NCBI GenBank assembly: GCA_964639615.1
Contig: CAZXHH010000001.1
Coordinates: forward strand, 68,092-132,091
Reading direction: 5' to 3'
DNA: 64,000 bases
Source: Candidatus Woesearchaeota archaeon
Lineage (GTDB): Archaea; Nanobdellota; Nanobdellia; Pacearchaeales; GW2011-AR1
Part shown: positions 19,401 to 28,733 of the stretch, in pieces
Position numbering within the stretch: the stretch's first letter is position 1
Layout of the letters: each line of letters opens with the position of its first letter
The notes under the pieces: generated by a model
What the model was told of the DNA's origin: nothing
The model's database searches: none
Seen by the model: only the letters and a program-made list of their open reading frames with translations
Position numbers and translations under genes: made by a program

Positions 19401-20225
19401 TTTTTCTAATTCTTTTATACTTTTTACTCTAGAAATCTCATCTCTTAGCTTTGCAGAACCTTTTATCCCTTTTGTAAAATTGCTAAACTGAAGTTTTATT
19501 TGCCTAAAAGGAAGTTTGTATTTTTTGGCAAGAGTAAAGTATTCTTCAAAAGACTTTTCAAAATGGGTATTTGTTAGTTTGGAAAATATTTCTGGTCTTC
19601 CTATTGCCTCTCTTCCAATCATAACATAATCAAATTTCTTTAATAGTTCTTTACAGTTCTTCTCATTAACATTTCCGGAATAAATTACAGGTAAGAAAGT
19701 TTTTGATTTTATTTCTTCTGCAAATTTTAAATCTGGTTCTCCTGAATAACCCTGAGACTGCGTTCTTGGATGAATGCACACTGCATCACAATATTTTTCT
19801 GCAAGTTTCAATATTTCAAAAGAAATATCTGATTTTCTCATTTTAAGAGTTAGAGGTTTTTTTGTATTTTTTCTCATAACTTTCAATATTTTTTCTACTA
19901 TTGCTAAATCTTTCAAAAAACTTCCAAACCCGTGTCTTCTTGCATTTTTTGCTGGACATCCCAAATTTAAATCCCAGAAAGTTACCTGAGAATCATATTT
20001 TTCCATAAATTCTTTTATCCCATTGGTATTTGTACAGAAAAGCTGTAGAGCTGGTTTATCGTCTAAAAAAATTTCTTTTTTGTTAAGAGGATTAATCATC
20101 CCAGTATAAGTTAAACCACAACCTGCTTTTTTACAAATAAGTCTAAAAGCAATATCATTTATCTCTTCCATTGGAGCAAGAAATATTCTGTTCTTTAAAT
20201 TTAAACTTTCAAATTTATTTTCCAT
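19386..20225 (-). CDS. tRNA-dihydrouridine synthase
   Basis: FLAPMEEINDIAFRLICKKAGCGLTYTGMI Dus-family TIM-barrel N-terminus; conserved catalytic Cys context. Confidence 0.65.
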   Translation of the reverse strand: MENKFESLNLKNRIFLAPMEEINDIAFRLICKKAGCGLTYTGMINPLNKKEIFLDDKPALQLFCTNTNGIKEFMEKYDSQVTFWDLNLGCPAKNARRHGFGSFLKDLAIVEKILKVMRKNTKKPLTLKMRKSDISFEILKLAEKYCDAVCIHPRTQSQGYSGEPDLKFAEEIKSKTFLPVIYSGNVNEKNCKELLKKFDYVMIGREAIGRPEIFSKLTNTHFEKSFEEYFTLAKKYKLPFRQIKLQFSNFTKGIKGSAKLRDEISRVKSIKELEKLIFF

Positions 20226-20232
20226 AAAATCA

Positions 20233-20439
20233 TTAAAATAATTTAAACAAACTAATTACTGCTCCAATAATTGTTGTTACGATTACAATCCAGCCAAAAA
20301 CAACCATAACTGCATGAGGAATAAATCCAATCTGTAAAACTCCGTCAATCATTCCAAATGCAACAGCCAGAGAAACAATAATTCCTGTTAACCAAATAAT
20401 AAAATTCAAAAAGTTACTAAAGAAATTTATTTTTGCCAT
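20233..20439 (-). CDS. Small two-TM membrane protein
   Basis: 68 aa; immediately downstream of argS. Confidence 0.3.
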   Translation of the reverse strand: MAKINFFSNFLNFIIWLTGIIVSLAVAFGMIDGVLQIGFIPHAVMVVFGWIVIVTTIIGAVISLFKLF

Positions 20440-22154
20440 TACATCTGCTCCAAAGGTTCAATTCCTAAAAGATTTAATGAATTTGCTAAAACTTGCTTAA
20501 AACAAATTACTAAATCCGCCCTAAACTTTTCTTTGTCTGAATGCAAAACTGGACAAGCATGATAAAATTCATTAAATGTCTTAGCTAATGAATAAGCATA
20601 GTTTGCTAATATAGATGGATTTAATTCACTAAATGATTTTGCAAGAATCTCTTTAAAATCTGCTAATTTTTTTAACAGGGCAATTTCTTTTTCTTCTAAT
20701 TCTTCAATAGAATATTCTTTGTCTGCACTTTCTGAACTCTTTTTCTTTTTTAATTTCTTTAAGATGCTTGAGGCCCTTGCATAACTATAAAGAATATATG
20801 GGCCAGTATCCCCTTCAAAATCTATTGATTCTTTAGGATTGAATATCATATCTTTCTTTGTATCTACCTTAAGAAGAATATATTTTATTGCTGCAAGAGC
20901 AATTTTAAGACTTCTCTCTTCAAGTTGCTTTTTATTAAGTTTATATCTTGATTTTAACTCCTCTTTTACTAGATTCTGAACCTCATCAATTAGATTGTCT
21001 GCATCAACTACTGTCCCTTCTCTTGATTTCATTCTTCCTTCTGGTAAATTAACCATTCCGTAAGAAAGATGTTTCATCCCTTCAGTTTTTAATCCCAATT
21101 TTTTCAGAATGGTAAACAAAACATCAAAATGATAGTTCTGTTCATTTCCAACAACGTAAATAGATTTGTCAAGTTTATGTTTGTTATACTTCAATTGAGC
21201 TAAATATAAATCCTGGGTAATGTAAATTGAAGTGCCGTCTTCCCTTAACAAAACTTTTTCTCCAAATCCTTCTTTTTTCAAATCAGCAATAACAAATCCA
21301 TCTTTTTTTGTAAATATATTATCTTTAAGTCCTTTTTCTACAATTTCTTTTCCCTTTTCATAAATTTGACTTTCAAAATATTCTACATCATGATAAATTC
21401 CAAATCTCTTGTAAGTCTGCTTAAATCCATCTAATGCCCATTTATTCATTTTTTTCCAAAGTGCAATAACTTTTTTGTCTCCTGCTTCCCATTCCTGAAG
21501 CATTCTATGAGATTCTTGTTCCATTTGAAAATCTGTTTTCTCTTTTTGATTAAACAAAACATAATAATCTCCTACAAAATGGTCTGATTTCTGCTTTTTA
21601 GTTGGTTTCTTGTTCTTACCATATTTATCATAAGCGGCCATTGATTTACAAATGTGTATTCCTCTATCATTATTTAGATTTGCACGAATTACTTTCTCTC
21701 CATAAAATTCTGAAATTCTTGATACACTCTCTCCAATAGTCATATTTCTCAAATGTCCTAAATGTAGTGGCTTGTTTGTGTTTGGAGAAGGAAATTCTAC
21801 CATTGTTTTTATTCCAGATTGTTTTATTCTGCCATACCTATCTGCATCAAATTTAATTTGTTCTATTAGTTTCTTGGCTAATTCTTTTCTGTCAACAAAG
21901 AAGTTTATGTAAGGCCCACTTGTCTGTATATCATCGAAACCTTTTGGGATATCTTTGATATGTCCTCTTATATTAAGTGCAACTTCTGATGGAGGAGATT
22001 TTAACTTTGAAGCAAGGAAAAAGCAAGGAAAAGCATAATCTCCTTTATCTGGAGTAGGAGGAACCTCAATAAATTTCTTAATTTCTTCCTCTTTTAATTG
22101 CAATCCTTCTTCTTTTATAGCTTTAATAAGAATTTTCAAAATCACATCTTCCAT
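20439..22154 (-). CDS. argS: Arginyl-tRNA synthetase
   Basis: PNTNKPLHLGHLRN class I motif, C-terminal DALR anticodon-binding region; 571 aa. Confidence 0.9.
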   Translation of the reverse strand: MEDVILKILIKAIKEEGLQLKEEEIKKFIEVPPTPDKGDYAFPCFFLASKLKSPPSEVALNIRGHIKDIPKGFDDIQTSGPYINFFVDRKELAKKLIEQIKFDADRYGRIKQSGIKTMVEFPSPNTNKPLHLGHLRNMTIGESVSRISEFYGEKVIRANLNNDRGIHICKSMAAYDKYGKNKKPTKKQKSDHFVGDYYVLFNQKEKTDFQMEQESHRMLQEWEAGDKKVIALWKKMNKWALDGFKQTYKRFGIYHDVEYFESQIYEKGKEIVEKGLKDNIFTKKDGFVIADLKKEGFGEKVLLREDGTSIYITQDLYLAQLKYNKHKLDKSIYVVGNEQNYHFDVLFTILKKLGLKTEGMKHLSYGMVNLPEGRMKSREGTVVDADNLIDEVQNLVKEELKSRYKLNKKQLEERSLKIALAAIKYILLKVDTKKDMIFNPKESIDFEGDTGPYILYSYARASSILKKLKKKKSSESADKEYSIEELEEKEIALLKKLADFKEILAKSFSELNPSILANYAYSLAKTFNEFYHACPVLHSDKEKFRADLVICFKQVLANSLNLLGIEPLEQM

Positions 22155-22204
22155 TAAATATTAAATAAAAAAAGATTAATAAATGTTATTCTCCATATAA
22201 ATTA

Positions 22205-22447
22205 ATGCCAAATCAAAAAGAGGCTTTAGATAGACTAAATAAAGAGAAAGATTATGAGGATAAAATAGCAAATGATTTGTTAAACTATTATCTTGTTTCT
22301 ATTGACAAAATATTTGATTTAACTTCAACTCAAAGAAATAAAATAAGAGAAGGATTATCAACTATCGCGCACGATTCCCAGATGCACAGCGAGATGTTTA
22401 ATCTTTTGATAAATTACGTATTGAACAATGGAGAAACTGAATACTAA
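22205..22447 (+). CDS. Ferritin-like half domain (ExxH), possibly N-terminal part of a split gene
   Basis: SQMHSEMFNLL ExxH motif; overlaps the next ORF by 20 nt in another frame. Confidence 0.35.
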   Translation: MPNQKEALDRLNKEKDYEDKIANDLLNYYLVSIDKIFDLTSTQRNKIREGLSTIAHDSQMHSEMFNLLINYVLNNGETEY

Positions 22448-22643
22448 AAAACAACTTCTTGAAGGCCTGAAAGACTTACTTGCAGTTGAAATTCTTGCAA
22501 GAAAAAGTTATGAAAAAGATATTATGACATTTAATAATTTTAAGATAGTGGATACTATTGAGAAGATAAAGATAGATGAAGACAGACATATTAATATGCT
22601 AAAAGAGATGATAAAACTCCTTGAAAAGAAGAAAGAGGAGTAA
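22428..22643 (+). CDS. Ferritin-like half domain (ExxH), possibly C-terminal part of a split gene
   Basis: EDRHINMLKEM ExxH motif. Confidence 0.35.
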   Translation: MEKLNTKKQLLEGLKDLLAVEILARKSYEKDIMTFNNFKIVDTIEKIKIDEDRHINMLKEMIKLLEKKKEE

Positions 22644-22680
22644 TCAAAACATTTATAATTGATTTTTTTCTAGATTTTTT

Positions 22681-22929
22681 ATGGCAGAAATAAATAAAGA
22701 CAATCTTGAAAAAGCACTTGGAGATAAAGCTGAAAAGAAGGGACAACCAATGCCAAAAGAAATGGAAATTGGATTCCATCAAGGTTCTTTGAATACACTT
22801 CTTAATGAAAGAAATGAGATGATAAGAATGGTTCAGCAGATTGAAAGAGTTATGCAAATGCATGTGAAAAGACTTGAAGAACTAGGTGTTAAAATAAAGG
22901 TTGAAAAACCAGAAGAAAAGAAAAAATAA
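22681..22929 (+). CDS. Hypothetical coiled-coil protein
   Basis: 82 aa ORF. Confidence 0.3.
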   Translation: MAEINKDNLEKALGDKAEKKGQPMPKEMEIGFHQGSLNTLLNERNEMIRMVQQIERVMQMHVKRLEELGVKIKVEKPEEKKK

Positions 22930-22984
22930 GCTTCTTTTTATTCTAAATAGCAAGAGTTATAAATAATTAATATTTAACTTAAAA

Positions 22985-24118
22985 ATGGATAGTGAAAAGA
23001 GATTTAATCTTATCAAAAGAAATACAGAAGAAGTTATGACTGACGAGGACTTGAAAGCTCTTCTTGAAAGCGGAATAAAAATAAAACATTATATTGGTTT
23101 TGAAATTTCTGGAAAAATTCATCTTGGAACAGGATTAATGTGCATGTCTAAAGTAAAAGACTTTATGGATGCAGGAGTGGATTGTTCTATATTTTTAGCA
23201 GACTGGCATACCTGGATAAACGACAAATTAGGCGGAGACAGAGATGTAATCAAAAGAGTTGCTGTTGAATATTTTAAAGAAGGTATGGAAGCTAGTTTAA
23301 AATGCCTTGGTGGGGACCCAAAAAAATTGAAATTTGTTCTTGGAAGTGATTTATATCATCACAATGATGATTACTGGGTTACAATGGTTGATATTAGCAA
23401 AAACATTAATCTTGCAAGAATGATGAGGAGTATTACAATCTTAGGTAGAAAAGAAGGAGAAGGGGTTGATTTTGCTAAATTAATTTACCCTTCAATGCAA
23501 GTTGCGGATATTTTTGCACAAGGAATTAATCTTCCTCATGCTGGTCTAGACCAGAGAAAAGCTCAAGTTATTGCGAGAGAAGTTGCTTTAAAATTAAAGG
23601 AAAATGCTTTATTAGATAAAGAAGGTAAAAAAATCAAACCTGTTGCAGTTCATCACCATTTACTTTTAGGATTAGGAAAACCTTCAATCTGGCCTGTTAC
23701 AAAAGAACAGCTTCCAGAATTATTATCTGAATTAAAAATGAGTAAATCTAAACCAGACAACTGCGTATTTATTCATGATTCTCCTGAAGAGATTAAAAGA
23801 AAAATTAATCAGGCATTTTGTTTGGAAGGTGAAACTGAATTTAATCCAATTCTAGACTGGACAAAATATTTAATTTTTAGAGATGAAAAATGTAAATTGG
23901 AAATTAAAAGACCTGAAAAGTTCGGTGGAAATAAAACTTATACTTCTTACAAGGCTCTTGAAGAAGATTTTAAAGAGAAAAAATTGCATCCAATGGATTT
24001 GAAAAATGCTGTAGTGGAAGCATTGATAGTACTTCTTGAACCTGCTAGGAAACATTTTGAAAAACCAAAGCAAAAAAAGATGCTTGAAGAACTTGATGAA
24101 ATTCTAAAGAAGAAATAA
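22985..24118 (+). CDS. tyrS: Tyrosyl-tRNA synthetase, archaeal type
   Basis: NLIKRNTEEV...IGFEISGKIHLG, KMSKSKPDN, IKRPEKFGG, LHPMDLKNAV closely parallel M. jannaschii TyrRS. Confidence 0.9.
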   Translation: MDSEKRFNLIKRNTEEVMTDEDLKALLESGIKIKHYIGFEISGKIHLGTGLMCMSKVKDFMDAGVDCSIFLADWHTWINDKLGGDRDVIKRVAVEYFKEGMEASLKCLGGDPKKLKFVLGSDLYHHNDDYWVTMVDISKNINLARMMRSITILGRKEGEGVDFAKLIYPSMQVADIFAQGINLPHAGLDQRKAQVIAREVALKLKENALLDKEGKKIKPVAVHHHLLLGLGKPSIWPVTKEQLPELLSELKMSKSKPDNCVFIHDSPEEIKRKINQAFCLEGETEFNPILDWTKYLIFRDEKCKLEIKRPEKFGGNKTYTSYKALEEDFKEKKLHPMDLKNAVVEALIVLLEPARKHFEKPKQKKMLEELDEILKKK

Positions 24119-24132
24119 ATTTTATTTAATGT

Positions 24133-24342
24133 CTAATCATCATACTCGGGGATTACTTTTTTATAAAAAATGCTTAAAATCCAACGAGTAATTACTCCAA
24201 AGACAATTATTCCTATAAAAAACATAATCCAACTCATTACATTATCCAAATCTGAATATAAAAGTTCTATACCTAAACCTATTATTCCTCCGAATAATGC
24301 TCCAATTAATAAATAAATCATTTCTTTAGTTGGTTTCTTCAT
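24133..24342 (-). CDS. Small two-TM membrane protein
   Basis: 69 aa. Confidence 0.3.
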   Translation of the reverse strand: MKKPTKEMIYLLIGALFGGIIGLGIELLYSDLDNVMSWIMFFIGIIVFGVITRWILSIFYKKVIPEYDD

Positions 24343-25547
24343 TTTATTTCTAAATAAGATTTAATCTCTAAATTACAAATTTCATCTGTGCAACCAAAAC
24401 TAGCATATTTGTAAGGATTAAAAGTTTTTTCAGAATTTGCAGATATCTTAAATGTTTCTACCTCGGTTATATCTACTCCAAGAATAGAAGAATATAGTCG
24501 ATACATCACATTAACAGAAATATCCTTATCTTGATTATTTGCTATCCTAATCCTTGAGCCATTATTTTGAACGATTAAAAGATTATTCTGGTAGTCTTGA
24601 ACTCCTCTTTGGTATTGTTCTAAAGATATCTCTTTTAATTCATTGCTTTTATAATCAAACCACCTACCTGCTCCACAATCACAATCAATAATCTTAACTC
24701 TTATATCAATAGAATAAGAATTTAAAATCCAGGGAGAACAAACCTTCGTGCAAAAGTCTCTAACTATTGGAGAACTATCTCCTTGTGCATACCAATCTAT
24801 TCCATTAAAACTTTGGATAATCGTCTCTAGATTATTTTCTGAATTTTCTTCTTTTTTATTATCTGGATAAAATAGAATTATTCCAAGAATTATTAAAATA
24901 ATTCCAAGAATACCCCCAATTATCCTTCTCTTTTTTTTCTTTCTTCTCTCTGTATCTCTTCTTTCTTTTTCCTCTCTTCTCATTTGTTCTTCTTTAAACA
25001 ATCTTTTTCTTTTCTCTTCTTCTTTTCTTTCAATCTTTCTTTTTTCTTCTTGTAATTTTTCATATTTTTCTTTTTCTTCTTTTCTTTTTTCTTCTTGAAG
25101 AGATATTTTTCTTTCTTCAACTAATCTCTTTTCTTGCTTAGCTTTTGTTTCCCAATATAATTTTTCTCTTCTTTCTTTTGTTAGCGTGGCCTCTTGAAGA
25201 ATAATTTCTCTTTTCTCTGGAAAAGTTAGTTTCTTATTTCCTTCTGCTCTTTTGTTTATTAAAAAAATATCAATTTGTTTAGAATTTTCAAATTTCCTTT
25301 TTTTTCTAATTTGTTCCCCATGTATCCAATCATGCTCTTCTTTTGTGCAAATATAAAGATTTTTTATGGAATTATTGAATGTCTCCCCATCAATATGGTG
25401 AACAATATAAGCACCAAATGGTTTTTGATATTTGTCTCTGTCTTTATCATAGATATATTTTTTTGCTACTTCTCTACTTTGCAGATTTCCTTCTTCTGTA
25501 AGTATGTATTCATTGTTAGGATTATTTCTAAATCTCTCTAACGGCAT
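24339..25547 (-). CDS. HNH nuclease domain - K/E-rich single helix - TM - Cys-containing ectodomain protein
   Basis: YIVHHIDGETFNNSIKNLYICTKEEHDWIH (HNH motif); ~90-aa EEKRKEEKEK... charged segment; TM IIGGILGIILIILGIILF; C-terminal 190 aa with 6 Cys. Confidence 0.5.
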   Translation of the reverse strand: MPLERFRNNPNNEYILTEEGNLQSREVAKKYIYDKDRDKYQKPFGAYIVHHIDGETFNNSIKNLYICTKEEHDWIHGEQIRKKRKFENSKQIDIFLINKRAEGNKKLTFPEKREIILQEATLTKERREKLYWETKAKQEKRLVEERKISLQEEKRKEEKEKYEKLQEEKRKIERKEEEKRKRLFKEEQMRREEKERRDTERRKKKKRRIIGGILGIILIILGIILFYPDNKKEENSENNLETIIQSFNGIDWYAQGDSSPIVRDFCTKVCSPWILNSYSIDIRVKIIDCDCGAGRWFDYKSNELKEISLEQYQRGVQDYQNNLLIVQNNGSRIRIANNQDKDISVNVMYRLYSSILGVDITEVETFKISANSEKTFNPYKYASFGCTDEICNLEIKSYLEIK

Positions 25548-25643
25548 TAATTTCTAAAGTATTCAAATCTTTAAACCTTTTCATTAAAATCCCAGAAAGA
25601 ACGACCTCTAACTCAATTATATTTTGAATAGGCTAATCTAAAC

Positions 25644-26033
25644 TTAACTTTTAAATTCCCAAGCTCCTTTAATAATTATTTTGGGATTATCTATACTTAA
25701 TGCTTCTTTAAAACCTCTAACAAAAAAGTCAAGAGTTGTATACATTGACCAAGAACCATTTTCTATTTTTAGGATAAATGTTTGTTCATTCATTTGTTCA
25801 AACTTATGTATTGAATCAGAAGATACTTCTCTTGAAAGATTATTATAAAGCATAAAAACTTTTCTTGAATTTTCAACATTATTTGGAAATCTAATTCTTA
25901 TTTGAGCTTTTGCAGGCTTTACACTGATTTGTTCTCGTGTTATAACTATGCTTTGCTTTTCACGTTCTTTTTCGTAAGTTTGTGCTTCACTCAATTTTAA
26001 ACTTCCATCAGGATTAAATTGTAAAAAGCCCAT
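25644..26033 (-). CDS. Hypothetical protein
   Basis: 129 aa ORF. Confidence 0.3.
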   Translation of the reverse strand: MGFLQFNPDGSLKLSEAQTYEKEREKQSIVITREQISVKPAKAQIRIRFPNNVENSRKVFMLYNNLSREVSSDSIHKFEQMNEQTFILKIENGSWSMYTTLDFFVRGFKEALSIDNPKIIIKGAWEFKS

Positions 26034-26068
26034 TTTAATTTTAAGAAAAAGTGTCTTTTAAATCTATT

Positions 26069-26080
26069 ATGCGGGTGAAA
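26069..26080. repeat. 12-bp direct duplicate (atgcgggtgaaa) of the tRNA-Leu 3' end, 55 bp from the tRNA
   Basis: Identical 12-mer at 26069-26080 and 26135-26146. Confidence 0.5.
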
Positions 26081-26135
26081 AGAAACTTACCTTTGAATTT
26101 GGAAATTTCTAATTCTCCCTCCTACTTATTTGAAA

Positions 26136-26218
26136 TGCGGGTGAAAGGGTTCGGACCTTCGCAGGCATTAAGCCACTGGATCTTAAGTCCAGCCCGTTTG
26201 ACCACTCCGGCACACCCG
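26136..26218 (-). tRNA. tRNA-Leu (TAA)
   Basis: Reverse strand: acceptor GCGGGTG/CACCCGC, anticodon stem CTGGA/TCCAG, loop CTTAAGA, long variable arm, T-arm GAAGG-TCCGAAC-CCTTT. Confidence 0.8.
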
Positions 26219-26320
26219 CATACTCAAAAAGAATTCAAGAATTGGTTATAAATCTTACTACTAAAAACAATATTTATAAAGAAGAAATTCATTAGCTTAT
26301 CATCTTTGAAAGGAGGAAAA

Positions 26321-26755
26321 ATGTCTAAAAAAGATTTTGATACTGGTTCAAAAGTTCCATGGCAAGTTAAGACAATAGCAATTTTACACTATATTGCTAC
26401 AGGGTTGTGTATACTTATTGGGTTGTTTATGTTGTTAGGAGCAAAGGGGATAGTTTCTTCATTGGTTGCTTCTAGTCCTGATTTAGAAGGAATACTAACT
26501 TCTGGAATGATTGTTGCTATAGGAATAGTATTTTTCGCAGCTGGAGTTTTGGCTTTCTTTATAGGTAGGGGTCTTTGGAAATTAAGACTTTGGGCAAAAA
26601 TTGTTGCAATAATCTTTGCAATACTCGGCTTTTTATCTGCATTAGTTTCTGTATTTGTCGCATTTAGATGGACACTAATAATAAACCTGATAGTTTATGG
26701 TTTAATTAGCGGTTATTTGCTATTTGATAAAGAAGCTAGAAAAATATTCAAATAA
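26321..26755 (+). CDS. Membrane protein (4 TM)
   Basis: ATG at 26321 preceded by AGGAGG (26311-26316); hydrophobic helices. Confidence 0.4.
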   Translation: MSKKDFDTGSKVPWQVKTIAILHYIATGLCILIGLFMLLGAKGIVSSLVASSPDLEGILTSGMIVAIGIVFFAAGVLAFFIGRGLWKLRLWAKIVAIIFAILGFLSALVSVFVAFRWTLIINLIVYGLISGYLLFDKEARKIFK

Positions 26756-26778
26756 ATTTTTTTATTTTTTATTTTTAT

Positions 26779-27780
26779 TTAGTCAAACATTTCTGAAATA
26801 GAAATTCCTTTCTGAGCTCTGTAAATTGCTTCAGCAAAAGTTGGAGTCATATCAATAATCTCAACTTTATCCTTTCCTTCTTTAGGAATATCGTGGGTAT
26901 TGCTCGCCATAACTAAATCAAAGTTTTTAGCTACACAATCTACTCCTTCTGTAAATAATCCGTGTGTTGAATATATCATTACCTTTTTTGCACCATTTTC
27001 CCTTAGCTTTTTAGAAGATTCAATAAATGTTCCTCCAGAATCACAAATATCATCTAAAATTAAAACATCTTTATTCTCAACATCCCCTAAAAACCACATG
27101 TTTCCAATTTCCCCGGGTTTTGAACGAAGTTTATGAGTAAATGCAAAATTATAATTATGTTCTGAAGAATTAGTTTTATTTGCATCAATCATTCTCTTAA
27201 GGAAAGACATTGCTCTTCCAACGCCCCCAGCATCAGGAGAAGCTATTACTAAATTTTCTAAATCAGAAGAATGATTCTTTTTAATATAATCTACAACTGT
27301 TGGAAAACTATAAAGATTATCTATAGGTATTGACGCTGGATAAAACCCTTGAATTTGAGGAGAGTGCATATCCATTGTAATTATTCTTTCTGTTTTTGGA
27401 GAAGTTAATGCTTTTGCTAAAGCTCTTGCAGATATTGGAACTCTAGATTTATCTTTTCTATCTTGCCTTGACCAATCCATATTTGGCAGAACATAACTTA
27501 AACTATTTACAGAAGCACTTAGAAGTAAATCTTGCATTAATTCTAACTCAACCCACCATCTACAAGGGTCTTTGTTTGAAGATTGAATATAATAAATATC
27601 TTTTCTTCTTACATTTTCTGGAACATGCGGTAAAAATTCATCATTACGAAAATTTGTATTTTCTATTGGGCTAAGAGTAAATTCCTTAAAATGATATTTA
27701 TCATGAAGATAATTTTGAATTTTTGCTCCAAAAGTCCAAGCAGGGGTTTTAGGATCTGCAAGAAGCACCACATTTTCCAT
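26779..27780 (-). CDS. prs: Ribose-phosphate pyrophosphokinase (PRPP synthetase)
   Basis: DIYYIQS, PNMDWSRQDRKDKSRVPISA, ITMDMHSPQIQGFY, LILDDICDSGGT PRPP-binding loop. Confidence 0.8.
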   Translation of the reverse strand: MENVVLLADPKTPAWTFGAKIQNYLHDKYHFKEFTLSPIENTNFRNDEFLPHVPENVRRKDIYYIQSSNKDPCRWWVELELMQDLLLSASVNSLSYVLPNMDWSRQDRKDKSRVPISARALAKALTSPKTERIITMDMHSPQIQGFYPASIPIDNLYSFPTVVDYIKKNHSSDLENLVIASPDAGGVGRAMSFLKRMIDANKTNSSEHNYNFAFTHKLRSKPGEIGNMWFLGDVENKDVLILDDICDSGGTFIESSKKLRENGAKKVMIYSTHGLFTEGVDCVAKNFDLVMASNTHDIPKEGKDKVEIIDMTPTFAEAIYRAQKGISISEMFD

Positions 27781-27829
27781 AAAAATAAATCACAGAAATG
27801 CATTTATATTAATTGCTGTATTAAAATAT

Positions 27830-28615
27830 ATGAAAAAGAGAGAATATAAAATTATTCTGACAATTTTAATTCTTATATTTTTTACAATAAATTACAACAA
27901 TCTTGATAGCTTTGTAACAAAAAACTTTGATAATCAAGAAACAATTGTTGTTGAAAGAGTTATTGATGGGGATACGCTTGTTGATAGCGAAGGAATTCAT
28001 TACAGATTATTGGGAATTAATACTCCAGAAAAAGGAGAGCCTCTTTATTTAGATGCAAAAAAATTTCTTGAAGAAAAAACAATAAATCAAACAATAATTG
28101 TAGAAAAAACTAAAAAGGATAGATATGATAGAGAACTTGCATATTTTTATCTTGGAAAAGCAAATATTAATGAAGAAATTGTAAACAAAGGGTATGCAAA
28201 TTATTATTTTCCTGAAGGAAAGGATAGGTATTACTCAACTTTTTTGGATGCTTGGCTGAATTGCATAGATTCTAACATAAACTTGTGTGAAAAATCAGAA
28301 GATAAATGCTCTTCATGTATCCAATTAACAAAGTGGGATTTTGAAAACCAAGAGATTAGTTTTTACAATAAATGCTCTTTTGACTGTAATTTAAATGGTT
28401 GGACATTAAAAGACGAGGGAAGAAAAAAATTTGTTTTTGAAAACTATATATTAAAGGGCTTAAATTATGTTAATGTTATTGTTGAGAATAAAACTAATTC
28501 TGCAAATAATCTTTATTGGAAAAATGAAGAATATGTCTGGACCTCTTCAGGAGATAGTTTCTTTTTAAGAGATGGAGAAGGAAAGTTAGTGCTTTGGGGG
28601 ACTGAGAATTATTAA
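27830..28615 (+). CDS. Secreted staphylococcal-nuclease (SNase)-like nuclease with C-terminal lamin-tail-like domain
   Basis: Signal/TM N-terminus; VIDGDTLVDSEGIHYRLLGINTPE thermonuclease motif; C-terminal NGWTLKDEGRKKFVF LTD-like. Confidence 0.65.
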   Translation: MKKREYKIILTILILIFFTINYNNLDSFVTKNFDNQETIVVERVIDGDTLVDSEGIHYRLLGINTPEKGEPLYLDAKKFLEEKTINQTIIVEKTKKDRYDRELAYFYLGKANINEEIVNKGYANYYFPEGKDRYYSTFLDAWLNCIDSNINLCEKSEDKCSSCIQLTKWDFENQEISFYNKCSFDCNLNGWTLKDEGRKKFVFENYILKGLNYVNVIVENKTNSANNLYWKNEEYVWTSSGDSFFLRDGEGKLVLWGTENY

Positions 28616-28733
28616 ATAGCTAAGATAATCTAGGGTTATCAATTAACTCTTAAATCGTTTAATAATAATATGAATAATCGATTAATGGAGAGTTGCCCAA
28701 ATAACTATTTCTATGAATATTGCATCAAAGAAA

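Noticed and set aside
24880-25150. Low-complexity ttcttcttttc-type DNA that looks like a simple-sequence repeat
   Set aside because: It is the reverse strand of the in-frame K/E-rich charged-helix segment of gene 24339..25547, not a non-coding microsatellite.
26051-26251. 66-aa ORF in the six-frame track
   Set aside because: Lies entirely over tRNA-Leu and its flanks on the opposite strand. Its composition is driven by the structured RNA.
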